DNA of 64,000 bases from an uncultured Clostridia bacterium (GCA_944372095.1 CALVYG010000048.1:64136-128135), one strand, 5' to 3'; counted from the first letter of the stretch, positions 1 through 10,298 are shown. The notes: generated from the letters alone by a model not told the origin. Program-made: numbers and translations.

Positions 1-34
1 CAGTCAAGACAGAACTCGGCTTACAGACTAACTT

Positions 35-66
35 AAAAAAAATCGCCCTTTCGAGCGATTTTTTAA
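35..66 (-). terminator. Rho-independent terminator downstream of sigK
   Basis: Short GC-containing hairpin (atcgc...gcgat) flanked by an A-run and a T-run, just past the sigK stop codon. Confidence 0.55.
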
Positions 67-78
67 TATATTTATTCC

Positions 79-783
79 CTAAAATTGAATATGTTCCGCT
101 TCTATCCCCTTTTTTAGTTTCATCAATGCTTTTTTCTCAATTCTAGATATGTACGAACGTGAAATTTTCAATTTATCTGCCACCGCTTGTTGTGTTTTCG
201 GTTCATCTGTTTCCAGCCCGAAACGCATCGTTATAATGTTCTGCTCACGTTCGGTAAGATATTTTTTCATAAGATTTCCGATTGTTTTTTTCAGAAATTC
301 ACAATCCAGTTTTTCATAAACGCTTTCCTCATCTGTTTGCAACAATTCAATAATAGATAATTCGTTACCTTCTTTGTCGCACCCGACGCTATCATATATA
401 GATATATCCTGAGCTCTTTTTTTGTAACTTCTCATCGTCATCAATATTTCGTTTTCGATACACCTACTTGCATATGTTGCAAGTTGGGAACCTTTTTCAC
501 TGTTGAAAGTATTTATAGCTTTAATCAGTCCAAGTGTACCGACAGAAATGAGCTCGTCATTATCCGGGTAATTTACATATTTTTTAGCAATAAATACAAC
601 TAACCGCAGATTATGTTTTACAAGAATATTTCTTGCTTCCATATCCCCTGTTTTTCGGAATTTTTCAAGGTATTCTTGTTCCTTTTCAGGCGACAAAGGA
701 TGTGGAAAAGAATTCGAATTGTCTAATTTGGCCGTAAAAAGCAATATATTGCTGAATAATGCAAAAAATCCTTCTAATACCAT
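79..783 (-). CDS. sigK: Sporulation sigma factor K (pro-sigma-K), uninterrupted
   Basis: Hydrophobic pro-sequence followed by [42 protein letters not shown] and a region-4 ISRSYISRIEKKAL. Closely parallels B. subtilis SigK (NNAFPQPLSSSEEKKYLE...). Full length with no intervening element. Confidence 0.85.
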   Translation of the reverse strand: MVLEGFFALFSNILLFTAKLDNSNSFPHPLSPEKEQEYLEKFRKTGDMEARNILVKHNLRLVVFIAKKYVNYPDNDELISVGTLGLIKAINTFNSEKGSQLATYASRCIENEILMTMRSYKKRAQDISIYDSVGCDKEGNELSIIELLQTDEESVYEKLDCEFLKKTIGNLMKKYLTEREQNIITMRFGLETDEPKTQQAVADKLKISRSYISRIEKKALMKLKKGIEAEHIQF

Positions 784-832
784 TACGCTCCGACGATATT
801 ATCAAATATATGTCGTAAAATGTAAAATGTTG

Positions 833-1696
833 TCAGAATTCTGAAATTTCCAATTCAATAATTTTTTTATCCAAATATTTCAGCGGACCGCTTTTAACAT
901 TGAATATTATTTTATATGCAGTTAGCATTTGGCATTTTGCGCCTACATTTTTATTTGCCGAATATTCCCCGTATTTCCAGTCTCCGATTACGGGATGACC
1001 GTGAAAAGCCATTTGAGCGCGTATCTGATGCGTCCTTCCGGTTATTAAATTTATATCTGTTAAAGTATTGCCGTCTTTTATTCCTAATATCTGATAGAAG
1101 AGTTTAGCCTCCTTACTTCCGGGTTTTTTTTCTTTATATACAAAAACTTTTCCTTTTTGCGAATCTTTTATTATAAAATCGCTATACATACCCGAATCTT
1201 TAATTATTCCTTTTACAAGGGCTAAATAATGCTTTTCTATTCCACCCGATTTGAAAAGTTTTTTTACTTCTTCAAAAATATTCTCATTCTTTGCAAAAAT
1301 AAGTAACCCGTCTGTATTCGTATCAAGTCTGTGACATAAAATTAAATCACTGTTTACTTTTTCTTTCATAAATTCTTCAAATGAATTTTTTCCCTGACTG
1401 GAAATTTTTTTAGGCTTGTAACAGACAATAACATTTTCATCTTCATATAATGCTTTACTATTATAAAAAGGAAAATTTTTTTCATTATAAAAAAACTCGA
1501 TTATGTCACCGTTCTGTGCATCAATATCTGTTTTAATTTTTTTGCCGTTCAGACGTATATCCGATAATCTCAACAGCTTTCGCAAATAAGAATACCCGAT
1601 AAACGGGTACTCGTCGGATATTATTTTAAGAACCTTTTTTTGCTCTCCTGAATACTTAATTATTTTCGGAATCATTTTTTTTCTTATCTTTAACAA
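833..1696 (-). CDS. RluA-family pseudouridine synthase with N-terminal S4-like domain
   Basis: Catalytic HRLDTNTDGLL motif and GRTHQIRAQMA motif. The track start is a TTG that overlaps nrdR; the ATG at 1675 (MIPKII) is an alternative start. Confidence 0.8.
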   Translation of the reverse strand: MLKIRKKMIPKIIKYSGEQKKVLKIISDEYPFIGYSYLRKLLRLSDIRLNGKKIKTDIDAQNGDIIEFFYNEKNFPFYNSKALYEDENVIVCYKPKKISSQGKNSFEEFMKEKVNSDLILCHRLDTNTDGLLIFAKNENIFEEVKKLFKSGGIEKHYLALVKGIIKDSGMYSDFIIKDSQKGKVFVYKEKKPGSKEAKLFYQILGIKDGNTLTDINLITGRTHQIRAQMAFHGHPVIGDWKYGEYSANKNVGAKCQMLTAYKIIFNVKSGPLKYLDKKIIELEISEF

Positions 1697-2135
1697 GATT
1701 TTCTATTTCATTAAGTAAAATATTTATATCTTTAAACTCACGGTGAACGGAAGCGAATCTGACATAAGCTACGTCGTCAAGCTCTTTCAATCCTTCCATT
1801 ACCATATTCCCGATATTTTTGCTTGTAATTTCCTGCGCAAGAGAATTATGTATTTGTCTTTCAATACTTGTTACGAGTTTATCGATTTTAGCCATCGGAA
1901 CAGGACGCTTTTCGCATGCTTTCATTATCCCTGCCTTAATCTTCGCCGAATCAAAAACCTGACGATTTCCGTTATTTTTTATAACCATTATAGGCGTACA
2001 TTCAACTTTTTCATATGTTGTAAAACGTTTTCCGCACGAAATACATTCCCTGCGTCTTCTTATTGAGCTACCGTCTTCACTTAAACGCGAATCGATAACT
2101 TTGCTATCCATATTACCGCAAAAAATACATTTCAT
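1656..2135 (-). CDS. nrdR: Transcriptional repressor NrdR (zinc ribbon + ATP-cone)
   Basis: MKCIFCGN...DSRLSEDGSSIRRRRECISCGKRFTTYE is the canonical NrdR N-terminus. Confidence 0.92.
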   Translation of the reverse strand: MKCIFCGNMDSKVIDSRLSEDGSSIRRRRECISCGKRFTTYEKVECTPIMVIKNNGNRQVFDSAKIKAGIMKACEKRPVPMAKIDKLVTSIERQIHNSLAQEITSKNIGNMVMEGLKELDDVAYVRFASVHREFKDINILLNEIENLVKDKKKNDSENN

Positions 2136-2197
2136 TGCAACCTCCGTTTTTTTAATTATAAACCAAGGTCAAAATAATGTAAAGAATTTTTCCCGAA

Positions 2198-2479
2198 TCA
2201 ACAACATGGCGGAATTCCGGGCGGCGGCGGTGGATTATTGTTTAAATCGACAAGTATAACGTCATTTCCGATTTTAAGAACGCAATTAAAAGGTATATAT
2301 AAGCTGTCGTTGCCGGTTAGATTTTTTATAAATTTTTTTTCTCCCGGTACTATAAATCCTAAAATCTGTCCTTTAACATTAAATGCTGCATCGACAATAT
2401 GTCCTAACCTTTTTCCGTCAGCCACATTGACAACTTCTTTTTCTCTTAATTCACAAAAAGTATACTCGACATTGTTCAT
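2198..2479 (-). CDS. ylmC: YlmC/YmxH-family sporulation protein (PRC-barrel) with Pro-rich C-terminal tail
   Basis: CELREKEVVNVADGKRLGHIVD...ILGFIVPG...IPFNCVLKIGNDVILVD matches the YlmC/YmxH pattern. Sits between sigG and nrdR. Confidence 0.8.
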   Translation of the reverse strand: MNNVEYTFCELREKEVVNVADGKRLGHIVDAAFNVKGQILGFIVPGEKKFIKNLTGNDSLYIPFNCVLKIGNDVILVDLNNNPPPPPGIPPCC

Positions 2480-2513
2480 AATAATAAACTATGCCGAGTA
2501 TTCCGATAATATT

Positions 2514-3281
2514 CTAAAACGATGCCCGCAATTGTTTTATTGCACTGTTTTCGAGGCGACTGACCTGCGCTTGACTCATATTCAGTTCCTGAGATATTTC
2601 CGTCTGTGTTTTTCCTTGAAAATAACGCATTTTTATTATATCACGCTCTCTTTCAGGCAATCTGTCTATTCCCTCTTTAAGCGTTAATTTATTCATTTTA
2701 TCTTCTTCTGTTTCGGGGTCGCTTATCTGGTCTACGACAAGCATCCCTTCTTCTCCGTCGCTATATACCGATTCATAAATCGAAATTGGGTCACTTATAG
2801 CATCAAGAGCACTTACTACTTCCGAATACGGTACGCATATCTCGGCAGCAATCTCTTCAAGACATACTTCGTTTGTAGATTTACTTTCCAATCTTTCACG
2901 TGCACTCATTGCTCTATATGCAATATCTCTTATTCCGCGCCCGACTTTAAGTGCCGTACTTTCTCTTATATACCTTTTTATCTCTCCTAAAATCATCGGC
3001 ACGGCATAAGTGGAAAACTTTACATTAAGATTAATATTGAAATTATCTAATGCCTTTATCAATCCGAGAATTCCTACTTGAAACAAATCGTCCGCGCTTA
3101 CCTTGTCTGTTCTGAATCTCTGTACCATACTGAGCACCAGTCTCATATTTCCTTCGATAAATTTATCTCTGAGATAATTTTCTCCGTTTTTAATTCGTCT
3201 TAACATCTCTTCTATTTCTTTGGTTGTATACTTCGGCAAATCAGATGTCGACAAACCGGTAATTACAACTTTATGAGCCAT
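2514..3281 (-). CDS. sigG: Sporulation sigma factor G
   Basis: KVVITGLSTSDLP, GNMRLVLSMVQRF, DDLFQVGILGLIKALDNF, VKFSTYAVPMILGEIKRY and FQGKTQTEISQELNMSQAQVSRLE align along the whole length with B. subtilis SigG. Lies immediately downstream of sigE. Confidence 0.88.
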   Translation of the reverse strand: MAHKVVITGLSTSDLPKYTTKEIEEMLRRIKNGENYLRDKFIEGNMRLVLSMVQRFRTDKVSADDLFQVGILGLIKALDNFNINLNVKFSTYAVPMILGEIKRYIRESTALKVGRGIRDIAYRAMSARERLESKSTNEVCLEEIAAEICVPYSEVVSALDAISDPISIYESVYSDGEEGMLVVDQISDPETEEDKMNKLTLKEGIDRLPERERDIIKMRYFQGKTQTEISQELNMSQAQVSRLENSAIKQLRASF

Positions 3282-3352
3282 TTCAAAAGCCCTCCTTATG
3301 TAATTACCGATAATAATATTATTTTAAAGTAGTATTTTCATGTAAAAATTTT

Positions 3353-4054
3353 TTATTCACATTTGGCAAATTCTTTCTTCAATTTAGACAATATTTTCTT
3401 TTCAAGTCTGCTGATATATGATTGCGATATATTCATCATATCCGCAATTTCTTTTTGCGTCTTTTCTTCAATGCCGTATAGTCCGTACCTCATTCCCACT
3501 ATCGCCTTATCTCTGTCATTCAGCTTATCGAAAAGCTCTTTCAGAATATCACTTTCGACGCGACTTTCCGCATCTTTGTATATCATATCGTTATCAGTTC
3601 CCAAAATATCACTTAAAACAAGTTGATTCCCTTCCCAATCGACATTTAACGGTTCATCAAGACTGACCTCTGCTTTAATTTTTACCATTTTTCTCAAATA
3701 CATTAAAATTTCGTTTTCGATACATCGTGAAGCGAACGTAGCGAGCTTAATCTTCTTTTCGCTGTTATAATTTTTTACTGCTTTAATCAATCCCAAAGTA
3801 CCTACCGAAATAAGTTCTTCTATATCGATTCCGGTATTGTCAAACCGTTTTGCGATATAAACTACCAATCGTAAATTATGTTCAATAAGTTTATTTTTGG
3901 CTGCTTCGTCCCCTGCTTCCAACGCAGCAATCGCTTCCGCTTCTTCGGCCTCTTCAAGAGGACTCGGCAAAGATACAATATAATTACATTCCTTACTTTC
4001 TCCCGAAAAAAATTCCTTTATCTTTTGAAAAAGTGTGGCAAAGAATTTTAACAT
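3353..4054 (-). CDS. sigE: Sporulation sigma factor E (pro-sigma-E)
   Basis: Pro-sequence followed by [64 protein letters not shown] and [13 protein letters not shown]. Abuts spoIIGA. Confidence 0.92.
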   Translation of the reverse strand: MLKFFATLFQKIKEFFSGESKECNYIVSLPSPLEEAEEAEAIAALEAGDEAAKNKLIEHNLRLVVYIAKRFDNTGIDIEELISVGTLGLIKAVKNYNSEKKIKLATFASRCIENEILMYLRKMVKIKAEVSLDEPLNVDWEGNQLVLSDILGTDNDMIYKDAESRVESDILKELFDKLNDRDKAIVGMRYGLYGIEEKTQKEIADMMNISQSYISRLEKKILSKLKKEFAKCE

Positions 4055-4822
4055 TTATCCTCCCATATCGCCATGCAATATAATTTCCTCTTTACCTGAT
4101 AAATAAGGCGCAAGAGCAATTTTCGTTTTATATATAATATTATTTCCGTCATCGGAATATATCTTTAAATTGGCATCTTTTGTTTTTAGAATATCGATTC
4201 CGCTGACCGTACTGATGACAATTTCTTCTTCGTCACCTTGAAACTTATTATAAACCTTACTGCTTACTACCGTAACGGGGTCGCCATTATTCGCGTAAAC
4301 GCGATTCCCGCTGTCAAAAAACGCTTCGCCTGTATACTTTATTTTTCCGTCACTGATTGTTACCATTCTCAGATTCTTATTATAAATTCTTTCTTTTTCA
4401 AGACTTTTCCTGAATTCATTTATAATAAAGATTGTAATTAATCCTGAAACGGAAAACAAAATCGGAATCAGCCCGTAAGTAAAATAAAAATACAATTTAT
4501 TATCTAAACTATATCTTATCGCAAAAGACATTCCTCCTAAAACCAAAGTTACACATAAAAATGTCGATAAAGTAAGCAAGTATTCCTTGAAATACCTGTT
4601 TGACTTTATGATAACCGGGAATAATATCAGTCCAAAAATCTTTATTATAACTTGATATTCGGCAAAAAAAGGAAGGATTGCAGATAACAAACCACCCAGA
4701 ACAGAAGCAATAATTATTCTTTTTTTGACTATTTTCCTTTTTAAAATATTCAAAGTAAGTGCAAAAATAAAAAAATCAATAAAACAATTGCTTATGAAAA
4801 TCACTTCAAAATAAACCGTCAT
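4055..4822 (-). CDS. spoIIGA: Sigma-E processing peptidase SpoIIGA
   Basis: Five N-terminal TM segments and a C-terminal aspartic protease domain with the FFDSGN motif. Located directly upstream of sigE. Confidence 0.85.
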   Translation of the reverse strand: MTVYFEVIFISNCFIDFFIFALTLNILKRKIVKKRIIIASVLGGLLSAILPFFAEYQVIIKIFGLILFPVIIKSNRYFKEYLLTLSTFLCVTLVLGGMSFAIRYSLDNKLYFYFTYGLIPILFSVSGLITIFIINEFRKSLEKERIYNKNLRMVTISDGKIKYTGEAFFDSGNRVYANNGDPVTVVSSKVYNKFQGDEEEIVISTVSGIDILKTKDANLKIYSDDGNNIIYKTKIALAPYLSGKEEIILHGDMGG

Positions 4823-4833
4823 TCTTTACTCCG

Positions 4834-4866
4834 AAAAAAGCCGAAATCAACTGATTTCGGCTTTTG
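4834..4866 (-). terminator. Rho-independent terminator after ftsZ
   Basis: 12-bp stem aagccgaaatca/tgatttcggctt, followed on the minus strand by a U-run. Confidence 0.7.
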
Positions 4867-4892
4867 TAATTTTTAATTAATTTTAAAAAACT

Positions 4893-6014
4893 TTATTTCC
4901 GTTCTTGTAATTTTTTCAACAGATTTTCAATCGCTCCCGGTGAAACGGTAGCTGTTGATTCAACACTCTCTCTTTTGGGTTCATGGACGGTAAATCCGGC
5001 GATAAGCTCATCAGGGTCATGTTTTTCAAGCTCTGCATGGTCTTCTTCTTCGTATTCTTCTCCCGATAATCCGGTTGCTATTATTGTAACGTGAACTTCC
5101 TGTTTTAAGTTTTTATCAAAACCCAAACCGTGTATAATTTTTGCGTCCTCATCAACAACCTTCGGAATCAAAGAAAGTGCTTTATTAACTTCCTCGCCCG
5201 ATAGTTCGTAATCGGCAACAATATTTATTATAATATTTTTTGCATGCTCAATCGTCGTATTAAGCAATTCGTTATTACTTGCCATTCTCAGGGCCTTAAA
5301 CATTCTGTTTTCTCCGGTTGCGCATCCTAACCCTATATGGGCGGTTTTCTTTCCCCTGATAACAGTCGATATGTCGGCAAAATCGAGATTTACAAGAGAA
5401 TGATTCATTATAATATCCGTAATTCCTTTTATGCTGTTAATCAAAACCTCGTCTGCTTTTTCCAGAATATTCGACATAGGCGCCGAAGCTCCGCAAGAAT
5501 CAAAAGCTTTTTGGTTAGATACAACAATCATAATATCTACATACTTCCGCATTTCGGCAATACCTTCGTTTGCGATATGATATTTGTCAGCACCTTCATA
5601 ATCAAAAGGTAAAGTAACCACACCGATTGTAAGTATTTGTTTTTCGTTAGCAATTTTTGCAACAACCGGAGCGCCTCCTGTTCCCGTACCTCCGCCCATA
5701 CCGGCTATTACAAAAAGTAACTTTGCATCACCGATTGCCGCCTCAATTTCGGATTTTGACTCCTCTGTCGCTGCTCTTCCGACTTTCGGGTCGGCACCAG
5801 CGCCGTTTCCTTTTGTATTTTTTTCTCCGAGCTTTATAGTCTTTATGTATCCTTCGTCGGCTATATCCGATAATGCCATTGCATCGGTATTTGCCGCATA
5901 AAAATCAATTGAACCGAATTGTTCTTTACGCTTTGATAGTCTTTTTACTGCATTACATCCGCCGCCGCCTATACCTATAATTTTAATTTTCATATCGTTA
6001 GTGCTGAAATCCAT
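4893..6014 (-). CDS. ftsZ: Cell division protein FtsZ
   Basis: IKIIGIGGGGCNAV and the tubulin signature AGMGGGTGTGGAPV. Confidence 0.95.
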   Translation of the reverse strand: MDFSTNDMKIKIIGIGGGGCNAVKRLSKRKEQFGSIDFYAANTDAMALSDIADEGYIKTIKLGEKNTKGNGAGADPKVGRAATEESKSEIEAAIGDAKLLFVIAGMGGGTGTGGAPVVAKIANEKQILTIGVVTLPFDYEGADKYHIANEGIAEMRKYVDIMIVVSNQKAFDSCGASAPMSNILEKADEVLINSIKGITDIIMNHSLVNLDFADISTVIRGKKTAHIGLGCATGENRMFKALRMASNNELLNTTIEHAKNIIINIVADYELSGEEVNKALSLIPKVVDEDAKIIHGLGFDKNLKQEVHVTIIATGLSGEEYEEEDHAELEKHDPDELIAGFTVHEPKRESVESTATVSPGAIENLLKKLQERK

Positions 6015-6035
6015 AAATTTCTTCCTCCTGAATGT

Positions 6036-7115
6036 CTATTTGCATATGCTTTCTATTAATCCGACAATAATATAATCTGCCGATGTATTCCAAAGTAATA
6101 AGTCCGGTATCAATATATTTACCGGCATACCGATTTTCTCCGTAAAAAGTTTATCTGCACCGCGAACCGAACATACTGCTTCTCCTGCAATATATACAGG
6201 TAATATTGAATCCCCAACCATTGTTTCAATAGCTTTTTTTATTTCATCCGCCAAAAACTGATATAATTTTATTATAGAAGCGTTTACCTCATTTACATTA
6301 AAAATTTTAGGTTTCGTTCCACCTATAACATATTCTCCGCCGATTAAATTAAAATTGATATGAGTAATCAATTCCTTTGCCGTATCAATGTCTGTTCTGC
6401 ATATCTCTGCTAATGAAGCAATAAAATCAGAATTTCCTACTTCAATAGTTTTTTCCGCAATAACGGCACGCATTTCACAATAACATACGTCTATATAGCT
6501 TTCGTTAAAATATATAACAAGACGTGAACTTCTGTTTGTTCCCAATGTATTTTGAAGCTTGTCAAGCAAAGGTTTCATTGCAGGAACATAATAAAACGAA
6601 ACGTAAAGACGTTTTGACATATCAACAAAAAATTCCAATATCCTGGTAAGAATTCCTACGGTTACGGAAACAAGCGTTAAATTTTCACATTCCTGCCCTA
6701 TCGGATTATCGATAAAATCATCCTTAACCTTAAAAGCAACAGGCACACATTCTAATTTTTCACAATCCTCTATATCCGTTATAGAATTTTCTATTATTTC
6801 AGAAACATCAAATTTGTTGACAATACCGTTTTTTACGGGCATATTTCTGATTTCATGCTTAAAACGGAAAAACCTTTGGGGCAAAATCAAATATATCTCC
6901 GATACGTCATGATTTATTGTATCGGAATACTCGTTTACCAGCTTCTCAACCGAACAGAAAAGTTTTTCCGGATTTATAAAAAAGTTATTTTTAATACCGC
7001 CGTGCGGATATACTTTACGAAAACATCTTCCGCAATTTCCGTTTTCGGAAATGACACCGGTTAATCCAACCGCGTCGGAACCTATATCAATTATACATTT
7101 ATAATCGCGTTGCAT
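6036..7115 (-). CDS. Divergent, short FtsA-like actin-fold protein
   Basis: Occupies the ftsA position just upstream of ftsZ. Has an N-terminal IIDIGSDAVG phosphate-1-like motif and is collinear with FtsA, but is only 359 aa and its downstream ATPase motifs are poorly conserved. Confidence 0.55.
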   Translation of the reverse strand: MQRDYKCIIDIGSDAVGLTGVISENGNCGRCFRKVYPHGGIKNNFFINPEKLFCSVEKLVNEYSDTINHDVSEIYLILPQRFFRFKHEIRNMPVKNGIVNKFDVSEIIENSITDIEDCEKLECVPVAFKVKDDFIDNPIGQECENLTLVSVTVGILTRILEFFVDMSKRLYVSFYYVPAMKPLLDKLQNTLGTNRSSRLVIYFNESYIDVCYCEMRAVIAEKTIEVGNSDFIASLAEICRTDIDTAKELITHINFNLIGGEYVIGGTKPKIFNVNEVNASIIKLYQFLADEIKKAIETMVGDSILPVYIAGEAVCSVRGADKLFTEKIGMPVNILIPDLLLWNTSADYIIVGLIESICK

Positions 7116-7195
7116 AATATTATTTAATTATAAACTATTATAATTTATTAGTCAACAATTGCAAATAAGATGTCCAATATGAATAATTAAAAGCT

Positions 7196-7906
7196 TTAAT
7201 AGGAAAAAACTGAGTTATATCTTAGGGCAAAATCAGTCGACATATAAGAATCATACAAACTGTTTATTGCGGCTTGAATATCGTCAACATTTTTACTGAT
7301 TTCAAATGTTGAATCGGTAGGTCTTAAGTTTATAATTATTTTTTCTGTCGAAAAATCAACTTCCTCCATAAAATAAGGTAAAGCTTCCTCCGCAATACCG
7401 CAGGAAATAAACGCATTAGCAATATCTCTCAAAGCATAACATTCATCCGTGCGATAAGTATCTATTATTTTTAAACCTGTAACAGTAGTCAAAATTTGTC
7501 CGGCCAAATCTTTTTCACTATATAGTTCAGACCTTTGAAAATTCCTGTCGGTTGCAACATATTTTTTTTCATTTTCATCTGTTTCCGCCTCAATTTTGTA
7601 TAGAGCGAGCCTTTCACTTATTCTGATAACAACTTTATTGGGAAACTCCCTGACAATATCGGAAACTCTGATAGCATTATCGTCAAATTCGTTTTCTATT
7701 GCAGAAGCAATTTTTGTTTCATCAATGACAAAAATATTGGTATGAGTATCTATATCTGCCAAGTTGATAATTTGTTGCTTTGTCGCACTACTGACACTAT
7801 TAACAAATTCTACACTGACATAACGAACGGTAAAAACTTGCCCGAACGTTATTATCAAAGCAACAAATACCAATCCTATCGCGACAGCGATAATGACTTT
7901 TTTCAT
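7196..7906 (-). CDS. divIB: FtsQ/DivIB-type cell division protein
   Basis: Single N-terminal TM followed by a POTRA-like segment. Syntenic position between murA and the ftsA-like gene. Confidence 0.6.
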   Translation of the reverse strand: MKKVIIAVAIGLVFVALIITFGQVFTVRYVSVEFVNSVSSATKQQIINLADIDTHTNIFVIDETKIASAIENEFDDNAIRVSDIVREFPNKVVIRISERLALYKIEAETDENEKKYVATDRNFQRSELYSEKDLAGQILTTVTGLKIIDTYRTDECYALRDIANAFISCGIAEEALPYFMEEVDFSTEKIIINLRPTDSTFEISKNVDDIQAAINSLYDSYMSTDFALRYNSVFSY

Positions 7907-9153
7907 ACTCTTATTATGTTTGCTCCAAGTTTATTAAATACTTTTTCCATATTTTCGTAACCGCGGTCAATATGATATATATCGTTTACCACGGTAATCC
8001 CGTGTGCTGCCAGTCCCGCAAGAACAAGAGCCGCCCCGCCGCGCAAATCTTGAGCGTAAACTTCTGCGCCCACAAGTTCCGATACCCCTTTTATAACAGC
8101 CGTCCTGTCACGAATAATAACGTCTGCACCCATTTTTCTTAATTCCGGAACATGTCTGAACCTGTTTTCAAAAATATTTTCGGTAAAAACACATGTGCCT
8201 TTCGATATGGTCTGCAATGCCATAAACGGAGCCTGCAAATCAGTCGGAAATCCCGGATACGGTTGAGTCGATATGTAATCGACTGCTTTCGGACGCCCTT
8301 TCGCTTTTACGTATATAATACCATTATTAGACGCTATATTGCAAGAATTTTTTGATAACTTACTAATCAATGAGCTTAAATCCCCGTTTTTTATACTTTT
8401 AATAGCAACATCTCCGCCCGTCATAATTACAGAAATTATATATGTTCCTGCAACTATACGATCAGGCATAACGGTATATTCCGTTCCATGCAAAATTTCT
8501 GTCCCCTCAATCGTAATTTTCGGAGTCCCTGCCCCGCGGACATGCCCTCCCATTGAATTTATAAAATTTTGTAATTCAACTATTTCTGGTTCTCTCGCCG
8601 CATTATATACTACCGTAACGCCCGGAATACCGATTGCCGCAAGTATCACGTTTTCTGTTGCGCCCACGCTCGGATAGTCAAGGCATACTTCCCCCGCTTC
8701 CGGTGAACTTCCGTCGCAATACACATAGCCGGCTTTTTCTTCTATTTTTATACCGAGGTCTCTCAAAGCCTTGATATGTATATCTATCGGTCTTAATCCT
8801 ATATCGCAGCCGCCGGGGTATGCAACTACGGCTTTTTTACATCTTGACAAAACTGCTCCTAGAAGAAAAACCGAACTTCTTAATTCTTTTGCCAGAGAAT
8901 TTCCTATACTGTATGAGTTTATTTCTTGTGCTTCAATAGTTACCGAACGACCGTCAAATTCGGTATGCACTCCTAAATTTTTCAAAATTTTTAACATATT
9001 GTCAACATCTATAAGTTTGGGAACATTATGTATTTTAACTTTTTCATTTGTCATTAAAGCTGCCGCCAATATAGGTAACGCCGCATTTTTTGCACCTTGA
9101 ATCTCAATTTCACCGACAAGTTTCTTGCCGCCTTCTATAATAAATTTTCCCAA
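7903..9153 (-). CDS. murA: UDP-N-acetylglucosamine 1-carboxyvinyltransferase
   Basis: GEIEIQGAKNAALPILAAAL and the active-site loop PGGCDIGLRPIDIH. Confidence 0.93.
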   Translation of the reverse strand: MGKFIIEGGKKLVGEIEIQGAKNAALPILAAALMTNEKVKIHNVPKLIDVDNMLKILKNLGVHTEFDGRSVTIEAQEINSYSIGNSLAKELRSSVFLLGAVLSRCKKAVVAYPGGCDIGLRPIDIHIKALRDLGIKIEEKAGYVYCDGSSPEAGEVCLDYPSVGATENVILAAIGIPGVTVVYNAAREPEIVELQNFINSMGGHVRGAGTPKITIEGTEILHGTEYTVMPDRIVAGTYIISVIMTGGDVAIKSIKNGDLSSLISKLSKNSCNIASNNGIIYVKAKGRPKAVDYISTQPYPGFPTDLQAPFMALQTISKGTCVFTENIFENRFRHVPELRKMGADVIIRDRTAVIKGVSELVGAEVYAQDLRGGAALVLAGLAAHGITVVNDIYHIDRGYENMEKVFNKLGANIIRV

Positions 9154-9197
9154 GCTTCCTCCCGTTGAAAAACGTACTCACTACATACTATGACCGC

Positions 9198-10298
9198 CTA
9201 TTTTGAATGGTTACGCGCTATATTATAGATAAGTCCGCTTACAAACATGAAGGTTACAAGTGATGTCCCGCCTGCGCTGACAAAGGGTAAAGGCACACCG
9301 GTAGGAGGAATACTTCCGCTTACAACTGCAAAATTTATTGCCGCCTGCAATGCTGTAACGCACGTCAATCCGACTGCCAGAAGCATATAATACTTTGACT
9401 CGGCTTTTCTCGCAATTTTTACTCCGCATAATATATAAACAAGGAAAATTGCCATAATTCCCAAGCAACCGAATAGTCCTGTTTCTTCTCCGATAACCGA
9501 AAAAATAAAGTCACTTTCCGCGAACGGTAAAAAAAGATATTTTTGTCTGCTGTTAAATATACCGACACCGAACAAACCGCCAGACCCCAAAGCGTAATAT
9601 GATTGTATGAGCTGATACCCTTCATCCTTCGGATTCTTCCATGGGTCCAGAAACGCCGTAAATCTTTCCATTCTGTAAGGTTCAAGCACTATGAGAAGTA
9701 TTCCGCCGACTAAAACACATACTCCCAACACGGCCATAAGTTTTCCGTTAAATCCGCCTGCAAAAAGCATAACCAATAAAGATAATCCGACAACCGCAGT
9801 AATGCTCATATTAGGTTCAGCCATAATTAAACCGCATATTATACCTCCGCATAAAATCGGCACAACAGCATTTTTAAAATTATTCGGCGGATACTCGCTC
9901 ATGTATGCGGCTAAAAAAATCACAAAACCGAACTTTGCGATTTCCGAAGGTTGAATAGTTATGAATTTTAAATCAATCCACCGCGTCGCACCGTAACTCG
10001 AAGAACCTAATCCCGGTATAAAAACCAAAGCAAGCAAAATTACACTTAAAGCAAATATTACCCATTTTAATTTAATGAAAATTTCCGTTTTCATTTTCAT
10101 TGCGATAAACATAAAAATTAGGCCTGCAATAAATGAAACGGCTTGTTTTTTTACATAGTAAAATTCGTCTCCGTAATTAATTGACGCGGAATAGCAGCTT
10201 GCCGAATAAATAAACAATAAACCTAATCCGGCAAGCAAAATCGTGCATATAGGAATAAGCGAATAAAATTTAATCTTTGTTTTTAATTTTAATTGCAT
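9198..10298 (-). CDS. ftsW: SEDS-family FtsW/SpoVE
   Basis: Polytopic membrane protein with LPFVSAGGTSL. The track ORF begins at a GTG (10361) deep inside murD, so the ATG at 10298 (MQLKLK) was chosen. The start is uncertain. Confidence 0.8.
   Translation of the reverse strand: MQLKLKTKIKFYSLIPICTILLAGLGLLFIYSASCYSASINYGDEFYYVKKQAVSFIAGLIFMFIAMKMKTEIFIKLKWVIFALSVILLALVFIPGLGSSSYGATRWIDLKFITIQPSEIAKFGFVIFLAAYMSEYPPNNFKNAVVPILCGGIICGLIMAEPNMSITAVVGLSLLVMLFAGGFNGKLMAVLGVCVLVGGILLIVLEPYRMERFTAFLDPWKNPKDEGYQLIQSYYALGSGGLFGVGIFNSRQKYLFLPFAESDFIFSVIGEETGLFGCLGIMAIFLVYILCGVKIARKAESKYYMLLAVGLTCVTALQAAINFAVVSGSIPPTGVPLPFVSAGGTSLVTFMFVSGLIYNIARNHSK

Noticed and set aside
79-783. Is sigK split by a skin-like element, and is the 59.4-kb serine recombinase a SpoIVCA analogue?
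   Set aside because: sigK is full length and uninterrupted here. The recombinase lies 58 kb away inside a separate element next to a tRNA gene.
2238-2687. 149-aa plus-strand ORF spanning the ylmC-sigG junction
   Set aside because: It is antisense to two well-supported genes and crosses their intergenic spacer. It has no SD or recognisable motif.
9223-9685. 81-aa and 88-aa same-strand alternative-frame ORFs inside ftsW
   Set aside because: They are out-of-frame overlaps within a polytopic SEDS gene, and nothing supports dual coding.
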